A stretch of 64,000 nt of DNA from Dictyostelium discoideum (lineage: Eukaryota). Location of the stretch: assembly GCA_000004695.1 (NCBI GenBank), contig CM000150.2, positions 4,352,001-4,416,000 on the forward strand, written 5' to 3'. Positions 13,967 to 29,856 of the stretch are shown piece by piece (the first letter of the stretch is position 1; each line of letters begins with the position of its first letter). The position numbers and the translations under genes are program-made. A model generated the notes under the pieces. That model had not been told where the DNA came from. It was given only the letters and a program-made list of their open reading frames with translations, and ran no database searches.

Positions 13967-14105
13967 ATTATTTTAGTTAAATAATTCCAAAGGAAACATG
14001 TCTTTTCAATATCAAATGGATGTGATGGCTTCTTTTGAGGACAATATCGATTCATCAGGTTCACTCTTAAACTTACAACTCAAACCTATTGAAGATCCGT
14101 TGTAA
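8881..14105 (+). CDS. Bromodomain + ET-domain (BET-like) protein, about 1600 aa. Three exons: 8881..9611, 10006..13882 and 13977..14105.
   Basis: ORF 8881..9624 ends at a GTATGT donor (9612). The AG at 10004-10005 joins in phase 2 into ORF 10010..13924. The bromodomain is [29 protein letters not shown]...YDTIDKFAEDCRLVFSNAKTYNP. The ET/NET domain is LPVDLLPSILQIIHNTNSLPEQKPGSEVVIDLMKFDDDILRRLSKFVEQYK. A C-terminal K/E coiled-coil is followed by donor GTATAT at 13883. The predicted short last exon LNNSKGNMSFQYQMDVMASFEDNIDSSGSLLNLQLKPIEDPL is open and non-AT-rich. Long (AGT)n poly-Ser and (AAT)n poly-Asn tracts occur throughout. The first and last exons are less certain than the core. Confidence 0.75.
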
Positions 14106-14267
14106 AACTATCAATCAAGATTTGGTTTTTTAAAAAAAAAAAAATATAAAAAAAAATATAAAAAAAAATATAAAAAAAAAAGAAAAAATACAAAAAGAAG
14201 GTCCATTAAAAAAAAAGAATAATTAAATAATAATAATAATAATTATATAAAAAAAGATAACAACTTC

Positions 14268-14300
<33 letters not shown>

Positions 14301-14497
14301 GCCTCATTCAAATTTATTTCTTCTATCAAATTAGGTGGTTTTTATTGGGTAATTTTTTTTTTTTTTTTTTTTTTACCTTTTTCTTCTTTTTAGTGATCCA
14401 ATGGACCAAAAAAAAAAAAAATATCAACCTTTTTTTCACAAATTATATATACATTGTTTAAATTATATTTATCTAAAATAAACTATTTTTTTTTTTT

Positions 14498-14914
14498 TCA
14501 CTTTAAAATTTTTTCAATAAAATCTTGGATTATTTTAATTGCTTTCTTTTCCCTATCTTCATAAGAACCATCCAATAAATTATATTCTATTTCAAATTCT
14601 TTACATTTTTCAATTAATTTAGATTGAAATAATTCTCTTTCTTTTTCTTCTGGAATTAATCTAAGTTCGTCACTTTTTAAAAAATAAAATAAAGATTAAT
14701 ATTTAATTTTTCAGTAATAAATAAATAATAAATAATAAATAATAAAACTATAATTATTTTTTAATTTCTTACTTTACCCATTTAGTTTTATAATCTAAAA
14801 ATAGATATAAGTCATATTTACTTTCTTTTGCAATTTTTAGTAATTCATTGGAATAATATCCAATTAATTTATCACTCCACTTTTTTTGTTTTTTTTTTTC
14901 AAAAAATTTATTTA

Positions 14915-14948
<34 letters not shown>

Positions 14949-15403
14949 GTTAATAATGGTAAATAATTTTCTGTTTTAAAAAAAAAAATTAAAAAAAATA
15001 ATATTTACAAGTAAAGTTACTAAAGGACATGTATCACAGATTAAAAAATTTGGATTATTATTTCTATCTATTGATAACTTTTCTAAATCTAATTGACCAT
15101 TCGCAACATTTAAAAAATCACTTTCGCCTATTTATAGTTTAAAAAAGAAAAATTGTTATTAGAACGAAATTAAAATTTTTAATAAAAAAAAAAAAAATAA
15201 AAAAAATAAAAAAAATAAAAAAAATAAAAAAAAACAATAATTAAAGACTTACAAAATGGATTTTTATCAAAATCTCTATTTTTAAAATATTCAATTGCAT
15301 ATTCCTCAACCCAAGGGCGATTAAAATATTTTGATAAACTTTTTGAAATTGTTGTTTTAAATGTTGATTCACCACCAATAATACAAATTTTTTTGGTTTT
15401 CAT
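14498..15403 (-). CDS. NadR-type ribosylnicotinamide kinase (AAA_28) domain protein, about 185 aa. Four exons on the minus strand: 15403..15253, 15127..15009, 14879..14773 and 14672..14498.
   Basis: The assembled protein is MKTKKICIIGGESTFKTTISKSLSKYFNRPWVEEYAIEYFKNRDFDKNPF-C-ESDFLNVANGQLDLEKLSIDRNNNPNFLICDTCPLVTL-WSDKLIGYYSNELLKIAKESKYDLYLFLDYKTKWV-N-DELRLIPEEKERELFQSKLIEKCKEFEIEYNLLDGSYEDREKKAIKIIQDFIEKILK. It aligns along its whole length with the C-terminal RNK domain of bacterial NadR (GGESSGKS...WEYGREF...IDTD...EWVDDGLR). The donors are GTAAGT, GTAAAT and GTAAGA, and the phases are consistent (1,0,2). Confidence 0.75.
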
Positions 15404-15708
15404 TTATTTTTTTGGTTTGAATGTGTGTTGGTGAAATAAAGAAGAAAAAAAAAAAAAAAAAAAAAAAAGGATTGTGAATGGGTGTCTATTAATATGATTA
15501 TTGATTTATATTGTTTTGTTTATTGATGGCGAAAAATGAAAAAAAAAAAATTGAAAAAAATTAAAAAACGAAAAATAAAAAAAAGATATTTTTTTAGTTT
15601 TGAGAAATGGGTTGTGTTTTTTTAAAAAAAAAAAAAGTGGGAATAAAATTATTACTAAACATAACAAAAGAAGTTTTTTTTTTTAACACACCTAAATTTT
15701 TATTTAAG

Positions 15709-15767
15709 AGATTCAAATATTAACTATTCGTTTTTTGACAGATTCAAATATTAACTATTCGTTTTTT
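15709..15767. repeat. Tandem duplication of a 28-bp motif agattcaaatattaactattcgtttttt (two units separated by gac)
   Basis: Seen directly in the divergent promoter between the NadR-like gene (minus, ATG 15403) and aprt (plus, ATG 16158). Confidence 0.8.
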
Positions 15768-16121
15768 TTTTTTTTTTTTTTTTTTTTTCAAAGTCAGGTC
15801 GGAAAATGTAAATGAATTTTTAAAAATCTCCTTTAGACCAAAAAAAATAAAATGGTAATGGTCCCATTACCCCCGATTAATAAAATTTTTTTTTTTTTTC
15901 AGTTTTTTTTTTTTTATTTTTCAACAATTTTTTATTTTTTTTTTTTTATTTTTTTTTTTTTTCTCTCTTTATTTCACCAACACACATTCAAACCACACAA
16001 ATACATATATATATTTTTTTTTTATTTCTAAAAATATTACTTTTATTTTTTTAAAAATAAAAAAAAAAAAAAAAAATAAAAAAATAAAAAAATAATAAAA
16101 TAAAAATAATAATAATAATAA

Positions 16122-16155
<34 letters not shown>

Positions 16156-16157
16156 TA

Positions 16158-16757
16158 ATGCAAGAATCTAAATACCAAGAATTACAAAAACAAGCAGAAA
16201 AATCAGTTAAGGAATCAATGACATTATTCCAGGATTGGCCAAATAAAGGTGTTGGATTTCAAGATATTTCAAATCTATTTTTATGTTATGATAAATTTTC
16301 AGATGTTTTAGATTATTATGAACATAGATTTAGTGATGTTGATTTAGTAGTGGGACTTGAAGCTAGAGGTTTCATATTGGGTACAGCATTTGCACAACGT
16401 ATGAAATTACCAATGATGATGATTAGAAAGAAGGGAAAATTACCAGGTCCATGTTTCCGTGAATCTTATAAAAAGGAGTATGGAACTGATGAATTTGAAG
16501 TTCAAGAGAAAGCTTTATCAAAAGTTGTAGTAAAACCTTCTAAAAAATATCACGTATTAATCATGGACGATATTTTGGCCCCTGGTGGTACAATGGCTGC
16601 TTCCATAGAGTTGACAAAAAAAGTATTAATAAATAATGGAATTAAAGATTTCAAAATTTCAACTTCTCTCATCAGTAGTATTAAAGTATTAAATGGTAAA
16701 GAAAAAATTTATGAAAAATATAATGATGTCAGTGTTGATATTATAATTGAAATGTAA
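16158..16757 (+). CDS. aprt: Adenine phosphoribosyltransferase (APRT), single exon
   Basis: The 199-aa ORF carries the PRTase type I signature VLIMDDILAPGGTMAA and the upstream VVGLEARGFILGTAFAQ. It is collinear with APRTs from bacteria to mammals. Confidence 0.93.
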   Translation: MQESKYQELQKQAEKSVKESMTLFQDWPNKGVGFQDISNLFLCYDKFSDVLDYYEHRFSDVDLVVGLEARGFILGTAFAQRMKLPMMMIRKKGKLPGPCFRESYKKEYGTDEFEVQEKALSKVVVKPSKKYHVLIMDDILAPGGTMAASIELTKKVLINNGIKDFKISTSLISSIKVLNGKEKIYEKYNDVSVDIIIEM

Positions 16758-16765
16758 ATAAGAAT

Positions 16766-16801
<36 letters not shown>

Positions 16802-17392
16802 AAAAATGAATTAAAAAATAAATTTTTAAAAAAAAAAAAAATAATCAAACCAAAATGAAAAAAAAATTATTTCAAAACAATCATCCTTTTTTTTTTTTGA
16901 CTTTTTTTTTATTTTGATTTTTTTTTTTTTTTTTTTTGTGAAATTTTATTTGAATAAAAGGAACACTGAAAATTTTTTTTTTTTTATTTTATTTTATTTT
17001 TATTTTTTTTTTTTATTAAATTTTTTTTTTTTTTTTATTATTTTCCAAAACACAACAAAAAAAATAGATCTTTTCTTTCTTTCTTTTTTTATATTTTTAT
17101 TTTTTTTTTTTTCTTTTCTATTTATATGTGAAATTTAGTAACTATCATCCAATTTGGATCGGGTTTAAGGATATTTTTAAAGTTAGATTGCCCAAAAAAA
17201 AAGACAAAAAATTTAATTTAATTTTTATTTTAAATTTTTTTTTTTTTTTTGAAAAAAAAAAAAAAAAAAAAAAAATCTTGCAATAATAAAAAAAGAAAAA
17301 AAGAGAAAAAAAAGAAATAGATTGTTGTATTATTAATTTTTTTAAATATAAAATCTTTTATTTTTAGTATTTTTTTTTTTTTTTCACATTCT

Positions 17393-17439
<47 letters not shown>

Positions 17440-17702
17440 TATTAACACACCACACTAAAAATAAAAAACAACCCAGCACTTGTATTATTATATCATTTTC
17501 AATTATTATTTTCACACACTAAATTTGTATGTAAAATTTTTTTTTTTTTTTTTTTTTTAATAAAATATCATTAACAAGAAAAAAAGGGACAAAAAAAAAA
17601 AAAAAAAAAAAAAAAGATATTAGATATAACTAAAAATATTGTATTATTAAAAAACAAAAACAAATAAAAACACCCAAATAAAAAATTGTACACCAAAAAA
17701 AA

Positions 17703-17734
<32 letters not shown>

Positions 17735-17736
17735 AA

Positions 17737-22066
<4,330 letters not shown>

Positions 22067-22183
22067 AAAAATAATAATTTAAATTAAAATAATTAAATAA
22101 ATAATAAATAAATAAAATAAATAAATAAAATAAATAATAAATAATAAATAATAAATAATAAATAATAAATAAAATAATAAATA

Positions 22184-22285
<102 letters not shown>

Positions 22286-22787
22286 TCATAATTACATTAA
22301 TATGATAATATATATATTTATATAGGAATACTAATAAACTTTAAAAAATAAAAAAAAAAACTCCAAGTTTTTTTTTTTAAGATATATATTTATAAATTTA
22401 ACTTTTAAGGGGTGTATCATTAAATTTTTTTTTTCATTAATTTTTTTTTTTTTTAAATTAAAAAAACCTTTTGCTAATTAATTTTTTATTTAATTTATGT
22501 TTTTTTAAGTTAAGTTTAAAATGTTGAGTGTTTAATAGTTGTGTGGGTGGCCCATGGAAGGTGATTATCCATTCATCGTTTCTCGTTGTTATAATGTAGT
22601 TAACGGTTGAATTAGATTTATCAAAACAATATCCATTTGAGGAGGATGATGCTTAATTAATTATTTGCGAGATCTAGATTTAGATATTTGCAATAGTAGA
22701 TGAATATTTAGATTTTTTTTTTATTTTTATAAGATTAACTAATTAAATAAATAACAAAACTAAATGATTAAATAATAATATTAAAAA

Positions 22788-22821
<34 letters not shown>

Positions 22822-23991
22822 GGATATTCATTGTAATTATTTTAATTTAATTATTCTAATTTAAAATTCTAATAGAATTGTTGGTACCCATCACCAGTAA
22901 GAAGAGAGTAGGTGACAGTGGATCACTTGTTTTACTCCTGTCACTACAATAGTTTGTTTCATCTATTAAAAATCTTCATGTTACGAGTCCTTTCTGATTA
23001 TTGTTAACAATTTTTGGGAGATAGGATATTAGTTTATTATTGCTTTAGATTGGATTTTGTATATACAGTTTGCCAAAGTCATCGGCTTCCGATTTTAAAT
23101 TGATTCTTTGGAATTGTGATAATCAGCCCTTCTTTATATTGGTTTTTAATGATAAGTGGATTCTTTATTGCATCATTGAAAGTTGATGCATGAACTTTGT
23201 TGTTGTAAATAGATTGCTCCTAAGGTATTTTCCCAGAGGAAGACCATTGGTATGATGCAATGGTCCATTGAGTCAACAAATTGGATGATTTAGAAATGCA
23301 CAAGAAAAATAAAAGAATTTAAAAAATGGACAGTTGACGAAGGTTTTCTTTGAATGTAAGGAAATGTGAGAATTGCTGTAAGGTCAACTTATTTGTTATT
23401 CACATCTACAAATTATATATAAAATAATTTTAAAAGGAAATTATAATTTAAAAAAAACTTTATGGGATTTTATTTCTTAACCATTTTCCCCTTAATCTCA
23501 AAAAAAAAAATAAAATTTTTTTTTTTTATTCTTTGAAATTTATTTCTCAAATATTTATTAGAAAACAGATTAACATAACAAAAACATGATAGATTTAATC
23601 TATGCAAAACATGGGTTAAAAATCTAAATTTAGTAAAATAAAAATTTTTAAAATAAAAAAGTATGAAAAAATGGGAAGTTTTTAAAATTCTTAAAACCAT
23701 AAACTCAAACCTAAAATCTCAAATGTCTTTTTTTATTACCTAATTAAAAAAAAAAAAAATTTCTTATTGTAAATAATGAAACTAATATTAAGTTAAAAAT
23801 TAATATTTTATATTTGAGCAATTTATTTTTTAAAAAAAAAAAAAATTTAAAAATATTTTTAATTATTAATTATTAATTATTATTATTATTAATTATTAAT
23901 TATTGATTATTAATTATTAATTATTATTAATTATTATTAATTATTATTAATTATTTATTATTTATTAATTATTAATTTTTTTTTTTTTTTT

Positions 23992-25095
23992 TTAAGGAAT
24001 CCAAATTGATAAACATTTATCATAAAATGAACAGCAACCAATGAATTGTTTATCAAAATTATTTTTATTAAAAGACCAATCAACACCATATGCAATAGAT
24101 TTATGAGGACCATTATAGGATTGTTCAATTTGTAATGTTGAGAAATCATTTATATTTTCAGGATCAGTTGATAAGATATGAAAACCACCACCCATACAAG
24201 CGGTAACTAATTTATTTTTTTGAAAAGGATGCCATTTAATACGCCAAATTCCACCACCTAAAGAATCTGTTGTTATTATTGGTTGTTTTAAAGATTTTAA
24301 ATCCCAAATTCTTAAACATTCATCATAACTACCAACTGCAATTAAATTTTCAATAGTTGGATGACAATGAATTGAAGTTACACCCATATCACATCTTTTG
24401 GTAAATTTTGGAGTTGGTGGTATACCAATGTCGTCGTCGTTATGATTCAACAATTGATTTAAATCCCAAATTTTAAATTTACAATCATCACCACCTGAAA
24501 ATACTATTGATTCATCATGATAATTGAATGCACAAATCCAAGCTTCATAATCATGTGCTTTCCATCTTTTCTCTTCTGTTACTTTTGAATAATCTTTTGT
24601 CACTTTAAATAAACCAATATTCCCATCACTAAAACTACAAATTAATTTATCACCACTTTTATTCCAATCTAATGATAATGATAATATATCATTTGATAAT
24701 GAAATTTCTGTTGAACTTTTTAATTCTAATTTCTTTTCAACTTCATCATATTGATAAATATTTAATTCACCTTTTGACATTACAACACCAAGTATTCTAT
24801 CTTTATTATTATTCCATTTCATATCTAAAATACCACTATTAAAATTAATATTTTGAATTTCTTTAAATAATTTATTATTATTATTATTTTCATTATTATT
24901 ATCATTTTCTTTTTGTTGTTGTTCTTCTTCAATTTCAAATAAATATAATTTCCCTTTTCTTCTTTCTTTATATTCTGTATCACCTTTTTCAATTTCATAT
25001 GTACCACATACAAATATATTATTATTAAATGGATAAAATTCAACACTATCTGATGTATAATCTAAATATTTAGTATTTTTTATTATTTCTGTCAT
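23992..25095 (-). CDS. dph7: Diphthine methylesterase DPH7 / WDR85 WD-repeat protein, single exon
   Basis: The 367-aa ORF is collinear with human DPH7. Matching motifs are SVEFYP..FVCGTYEI, ILDMKWN, LSLDW, WKAHDYEAWICAFNYHDESIVFSGGDDCKFKIWD, VTSIHCHPTIENLIAVGSYDECLRIWD, GGGIWRIKWHPF and CCSFYDKCLSIW. Confidence 0.9.
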   Translation of the reverse strand: MTEIIKNTKYLDYTSDSVEFYPFNNNIFVCGTYEIEKGDTEYKERRKGKLYLFEIEEEQQQKENDNNNENNNNNKLFKEIQNINFNSGILDMKWNNNKDRILGVVMSKGELNIYQYDEVEKKLELKSSTEISLSNDILSLSLDWNKSGDKLICSFSDGNIGLFKVTKDYSKVTEEKRWKAHDYEAWICAFNYHDESIVFSGGDDCKFKIWDLNQLLNHNDDDIGIPPTPKFTKRCDMGVTSIHCHPTIENLIAVGSYDECLRIWDLKSLKQPIITTDSLGGGIWRIKWHPFQKNKLVTACMGGGFHILSTDPENINDFSTLQIEQSYNGPHKSIAYGVDWSFNKNNFDKQFIGCCSFYDKCLSIWIP

Positions 25096-25186
25096 TTTTT
25101 TATTTTTATAATTTCGTTCGTTTTTTGGTGGAATTGAATATAAAATAAAAAAAAAAAAATAATAAAAAAAAGATCCTTTTTCTGAA

Positions 25187-25217
<31 letters not shown>

Positions 25218-25382
25218 TTTTTTTATTCCAATCACAACGCTTTGTCTAAAAAAAAAAAAAAAAAATTCATTGTTTTAAAAAAAAAGAATCAAATTATATT
25301 CAACCCTTTTTTATTTTTATTTATTATTTTTTTTTTCTGTACATATATAAATTCAATTTGTGTTTATTTTTTTAAAAAACAA

Positions 25383-25413
<31 letters not shown>

Positions 25414-25431
25414 AAAATAAAATAAAAAAAA

Positions 25432-25910
25432 ATGTGTAAACATATTCTTGTAAGTTAAAAACCAAAAATTTAATTATTAAAGAATTATAATTCTAAAGTA
25501 AAATAATTAAATTTATATATAAATATATAAAATAATTAATTTTTCTATTTTTTATATTTATATATATATAGAATACACAAGTATCAATTAGAGCAAAATG
25601 TTGTAATAAATGGTTTGATTGTGCAGATTGTCATAGAGAAGTATCAGATCATGATATTTATAAAAGTGATGAAATGATATTTGCATGTAAAAAATGTAAA
25701 AAAGTATTTAGAAAAACTATATCAACATTTGAAGAAGCAGATGAATATTGCCCACATTGTGATAATCATTATTATTTAGAAGCCGTAAAACCACAACCAA
25801 AAATTTCAATTGAATTAGATGGTGATGAAAGACTTGAAACTTTAATGTTAGATCCAAGACAAAAAAGATTAGATAAATCAATGTATGATGGTCAAGAATA
25901 TGAACAATAA
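25432..25910 (+). CDS. CHY-type zinc-finger protein (about 118 aa). Two exons: 25432..25449 and 25572..25910.
   Basis: Exon 1 is MCKHIL followed by GTAAGT. There is a 122-nt AT-rich intron and a TATAG acceptor, then in phase 0 NTQVSIRAKCCNKWFDCADCH...CKKCKK...CPHCDNHY, which is the CxHY...CC..Y.C..CH spacing of zf-CHY. The short first exon is supported by motif completion, but the start is unverified. Confidence 0.6.
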
Positions 25911-25986
25911 AAGAAAAAAAAAAAAAATTTTAAAAATTTATTATTATTTATTTTATTTTTATTTTTTATTTTTTTTATTTTTTATT

Positions 25987-27075
25987 TTAAAGAACTTCAT
26001 ATAAATGAATTTCTTGATAATCTGGAAAAGTTGGATCATCTTGTGGTACAGGTGAATCTAATTGAATTTTTTTAATCCAACCTTTTAATTTTAAAGGTAT
26101 TTTATTATTTTTAAAAGATTCTTCTAATGAAGGTATAGTTAAGATTTTTAAACCTTTTTTTGATTTTGTTTGATTTTGAATGAATTGCCAAAATTCGATA
26201 TGTTTCTTTTTATCTTGTTGAAAGAATTCTAAAACATTATTCATATAGATGATATCAGATTGTTGAATTAACTGTTGATTATCTATGATATTACCATGAA
26301 CAATTTCAATACGGTCAGTCATTTTATAACGGTTGATCATTGATTTTTGAAGATCAGAAAAGTATTGATTAATTTCACAACCAATTAATTTCTTTGTATC
26401 ACTAAATAGATAACCAGTGTATAACAATGCACCCAATCTCGAGCCGATGTCCAAGATAGTGGACTGTTTTAAATTACAGTTACCACCAAGTACATCACTA
26501 CTAAACATATATTTCAATTGGTTTGGTGTAGTTGAATGAGATATGAAATTAATTGGTTGAATTGATTTCGATGCGCAATCTAAACAATAGTTATTCTTTA
26601 ATTCACCAGATTCTATCAAATCGTCGATATCCTCTTCGGTGTATAGAAATCCATCGACATTGATAGTATTCTCTTTGGTATATCCTTCGAATGATGTATT
26701 CTTTGGTATTGTTATCTTTTCATTTGGTGCTTCAGTTGTTATACTTGGTAATTGATCTTTTAAATCTTGAATTATAGTTTGTAATATACTATCTTGTTTC
26801 GATTCTTTATTAACTGCTTTAATTGGTTCAATATTTACATTCAATTGTTCACATACAAAACTAATAAATTCAATCTTTTCTTCTTCATCTTTAATTAATC
26901 TATAAAGATCTTTAAATCTTTTTTTTAAAATTTCAATTTCAACTTTTTCTTCATTTTTAATTATTGTATCGTAATCATCATCGTCATCATCTTTATCATT
27001 TTTATTTCCTAAATTTTCATTTGATTGAATTGGTATTTCTTCTTCTTTTTTTCTTTTATTACTTTTTTGTGTCAT
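25987..27075 (-). CDS. Hypothetical protein with a putative class-I SAM-methyltransferase-like core, single exon (362 aa)
   Basis: A clean ORF with an acidic/K-rich N-terminal half. A possible motif I is ILDIGSRLGALLY and a post-motif is DIIYMNNVLEFF. The function call is weak. Its stop lies only 76 bp from the stop of the convergent CHY gene. Confidence 0.6.
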   Translation of the reverse strand: MTQKSNKRKKEEEIPIQSNENLGNKNDKDDDDDDYDTIIKNEEKVEIEILKKRFKDLYRLIKDEEEKIEFISFVCEQLNVNIEPIKAVNKESKQDSILQTIIQDLKDQLPSITTEAPNEKITIPKNTSFEGYTKENTINVDGFLYTEEDIDDLIESGELKNNYCLDCASKSIQPINFISHSTTPNQLKYMFSSDVLGGNCNLKQSTILDIGSRLGALLYTGYLFSDTKKLIGCEINQYFSDLQKSMINRYKMTDRIEIVHGNIIDNQQLIQQSDIIYMNNVLEFFQQDKKKHIEFWQFIQNQTKSKKGLKILTIPSLEESFKNNKIPLKLKGWIKKIQLDSPVPQDDPTFPDYQEIHLYEVL

Positions 27076-27265
27076 ATTTTATTTAATATGTGTATGTGTG
27101 TGTGTTTATAATATTTATTAAAAAAAAAAAAAGGAAATAAGAATTTTTTTTTTTTTTTTTTTACCGAAAAACGATGGATATTTTTTTTATATAAAAAAAA
27201 AAAAAAAAAAAAAATAATTTTAATTTTATTTTTATTTTTATTATAATTTTAATTTTTTTTTTAAT

Positions 27266-28433
<1,168 letters not shown>

Positions 28434-28507
28434 TGTATTTTTATCTTCAATGTTTATTAAAACTTAAAAAAAAAGAAAAAAAAAAAGAAAAAAAAACCCT
28501 TCTGAAA

Positions 28508-28552
<45 letters not shown>

Positions 28553-28633
28553 TTTTTTTTATTTTTTTTTTTTATTTTTATAAATTTTTTTGACTAAAAA
28601 CGATTACAAACTGATAGAACTAAAGTTTATTTA

Positions 28634-28664
<31 letters not shown>

Positions 28665-29023
28665 TTTTGACATTTATTAATCATTCTATTCTATTCTTTT
28701 TTTTTTTTTTTTTTTTTTTTATTTAAACAAAAATTTTATTTTTAGAATTAAATTCTAAGAATTTAAAAAAATTTGTAATTGTTTTTTTTTTTTTATTTCA
28801 AAGAACAAATAGGGAATAAATTTTTATTTTTATTTTTATTTTTATTTTTTATTTTTAATTTTTTAATTTTTAAATCAAAGAAATAATTGAATTAAAATTG
28901 GATTATTTTTTTATTTAATATATTTGTTGTTGGGAGATTACCAAAAAATCATTAAATTCAACCCCCACCCACATGTTTTTTTCGATTTATATAACAAATA
29001 TTACTATTTTTTTTTTTTTTTAC

Positions 29024-29058
<35 letters not shown>

Positions 29059-29138
29059 GGGTTGAATTTTCCTGTTTAGTTGTTTTTTTAAAAAAATGAA
29101 ATCTTTTTTTTTTTTTAAAATATCTTGAAAAATATTAT

Positions 29139-29236
29139 AATCGAATACAAAAATAAAAATATAAAAATAAAAATATAAAAATAAAAATATTAAAATAAAA
29201 ATATAAAAATAAAAATATAAAAATAAAAATAAAAAA
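29139..29236. repeat. Minisatellite (aaaataaaaatata)n of about 7 units
   Basis: Tandem array in the divergent promoter between the GDP-fucose synthase gene and the Ctr gene. Confidence 0.8.
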
Positions 29237-29271
29237 AAAAATAAAAAAAATATAAAAAGAAATTAATTAAA

Positions 29272-29856
29272 ATGATGATGAAATATTTTCATGGTGGTAT
29301 AGATGAAATTGTATTATTTAAAACATGGATAACATATGATTTAGGTTCATTTATTGGAACTTGGTTTGCAATTTTTGCATTTTCATTTTTTTATGAATTT
29401 TTCAAGACTTTTAGAAGTATTATAGAAATTAATTGGAGAAGAAATAATAATAATAATGATAATAATAATAATAATAATAATATTAAACAAGATGAAGAAA
29501 TAAATATGAATAAAATTTCATTTTCATTTTTAAAAGGATCATATCCTTCATTTACTTATAAAGAAATAATTGTAAGTTTTTTTTTAATTTTTTTTAATTT
29601 TTTTTTTTATTATTATTTTTTTTATTATTATTTTTTTTTTTTCAAACAAAATGATTAAATTAAATTATTAAAAATTATAATTTAGGGAGGCATATTTTAT
29701 GGAATTGAAACTGGAATGAGTTTAATTTTAATGCTAATTGTAATGTTATTTAATACCGCTTTATTCTTTTCAATTTTAATGGGAATTGTTTGTGGAAATA
29801 TTTGTTTCGGAAGATTTAATCAATTTAAACCAAAATCATCATCATCTTGTTGTTAA
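29272..29856 (+). CDS. Ctr-family copper transporter (about 157 aa). Two exons: 29272..29571 and 29686..29856.
   Basis: The N-terminus MMMKYFHGGIDEIVLFKTWIT matches the Ctr TM1 consensus (FHxG..D.VLF..W). GTAAGT donor at 29572 and TTTAG acceptor at 29681-29685. Exon 2 has the MxxxM motif (MLIVM) and the GxxxG motif (GIVCGNICFG), ending CC*. Confidence 0.8.

Noticed and set aside
14773-14780. First GT (tgg|gtaaag) as donor of NadR-like intron 3
   Set aside because: It gives phase 0, which is incompatible with the only available acceptor (AAAAAG at 14674-14673). The adjacent GTAAGA four nucleotides downstream gives phase 2 and a continuous homologous protein.
15836-15862. Short GC-containing hairpin ggtaatggtcccattacc considered as a possible tRNA or snRNA fragment
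   Set aside because: It is too short, has no cloverleaf, and lacks A-box/B-box-like TGGCNNAGTGG / GGTTCGANTCC motifs. No other tRNA-like GC islands of about 72 nt were seen anywhere in the window.
17686-17736. ORF-track N-terminal extensions MYTKKKKK... (17686) and MFFIKILLQPHTK (40121)
   Set aside because: Both begin at TTG rather than ATG. The ORF track evidently allows alternative starts. The first ATG (17737 and 40160 respectively) is used instead.
22521-22730. Start-less open frame of about 70 codons on the minus strand within the GC-elevated block
   Set aside because: It has no ATG, is flanked by stops in all frames and has no recognisable domain. It is reported only as part of the finding on the block, not as a CDS.
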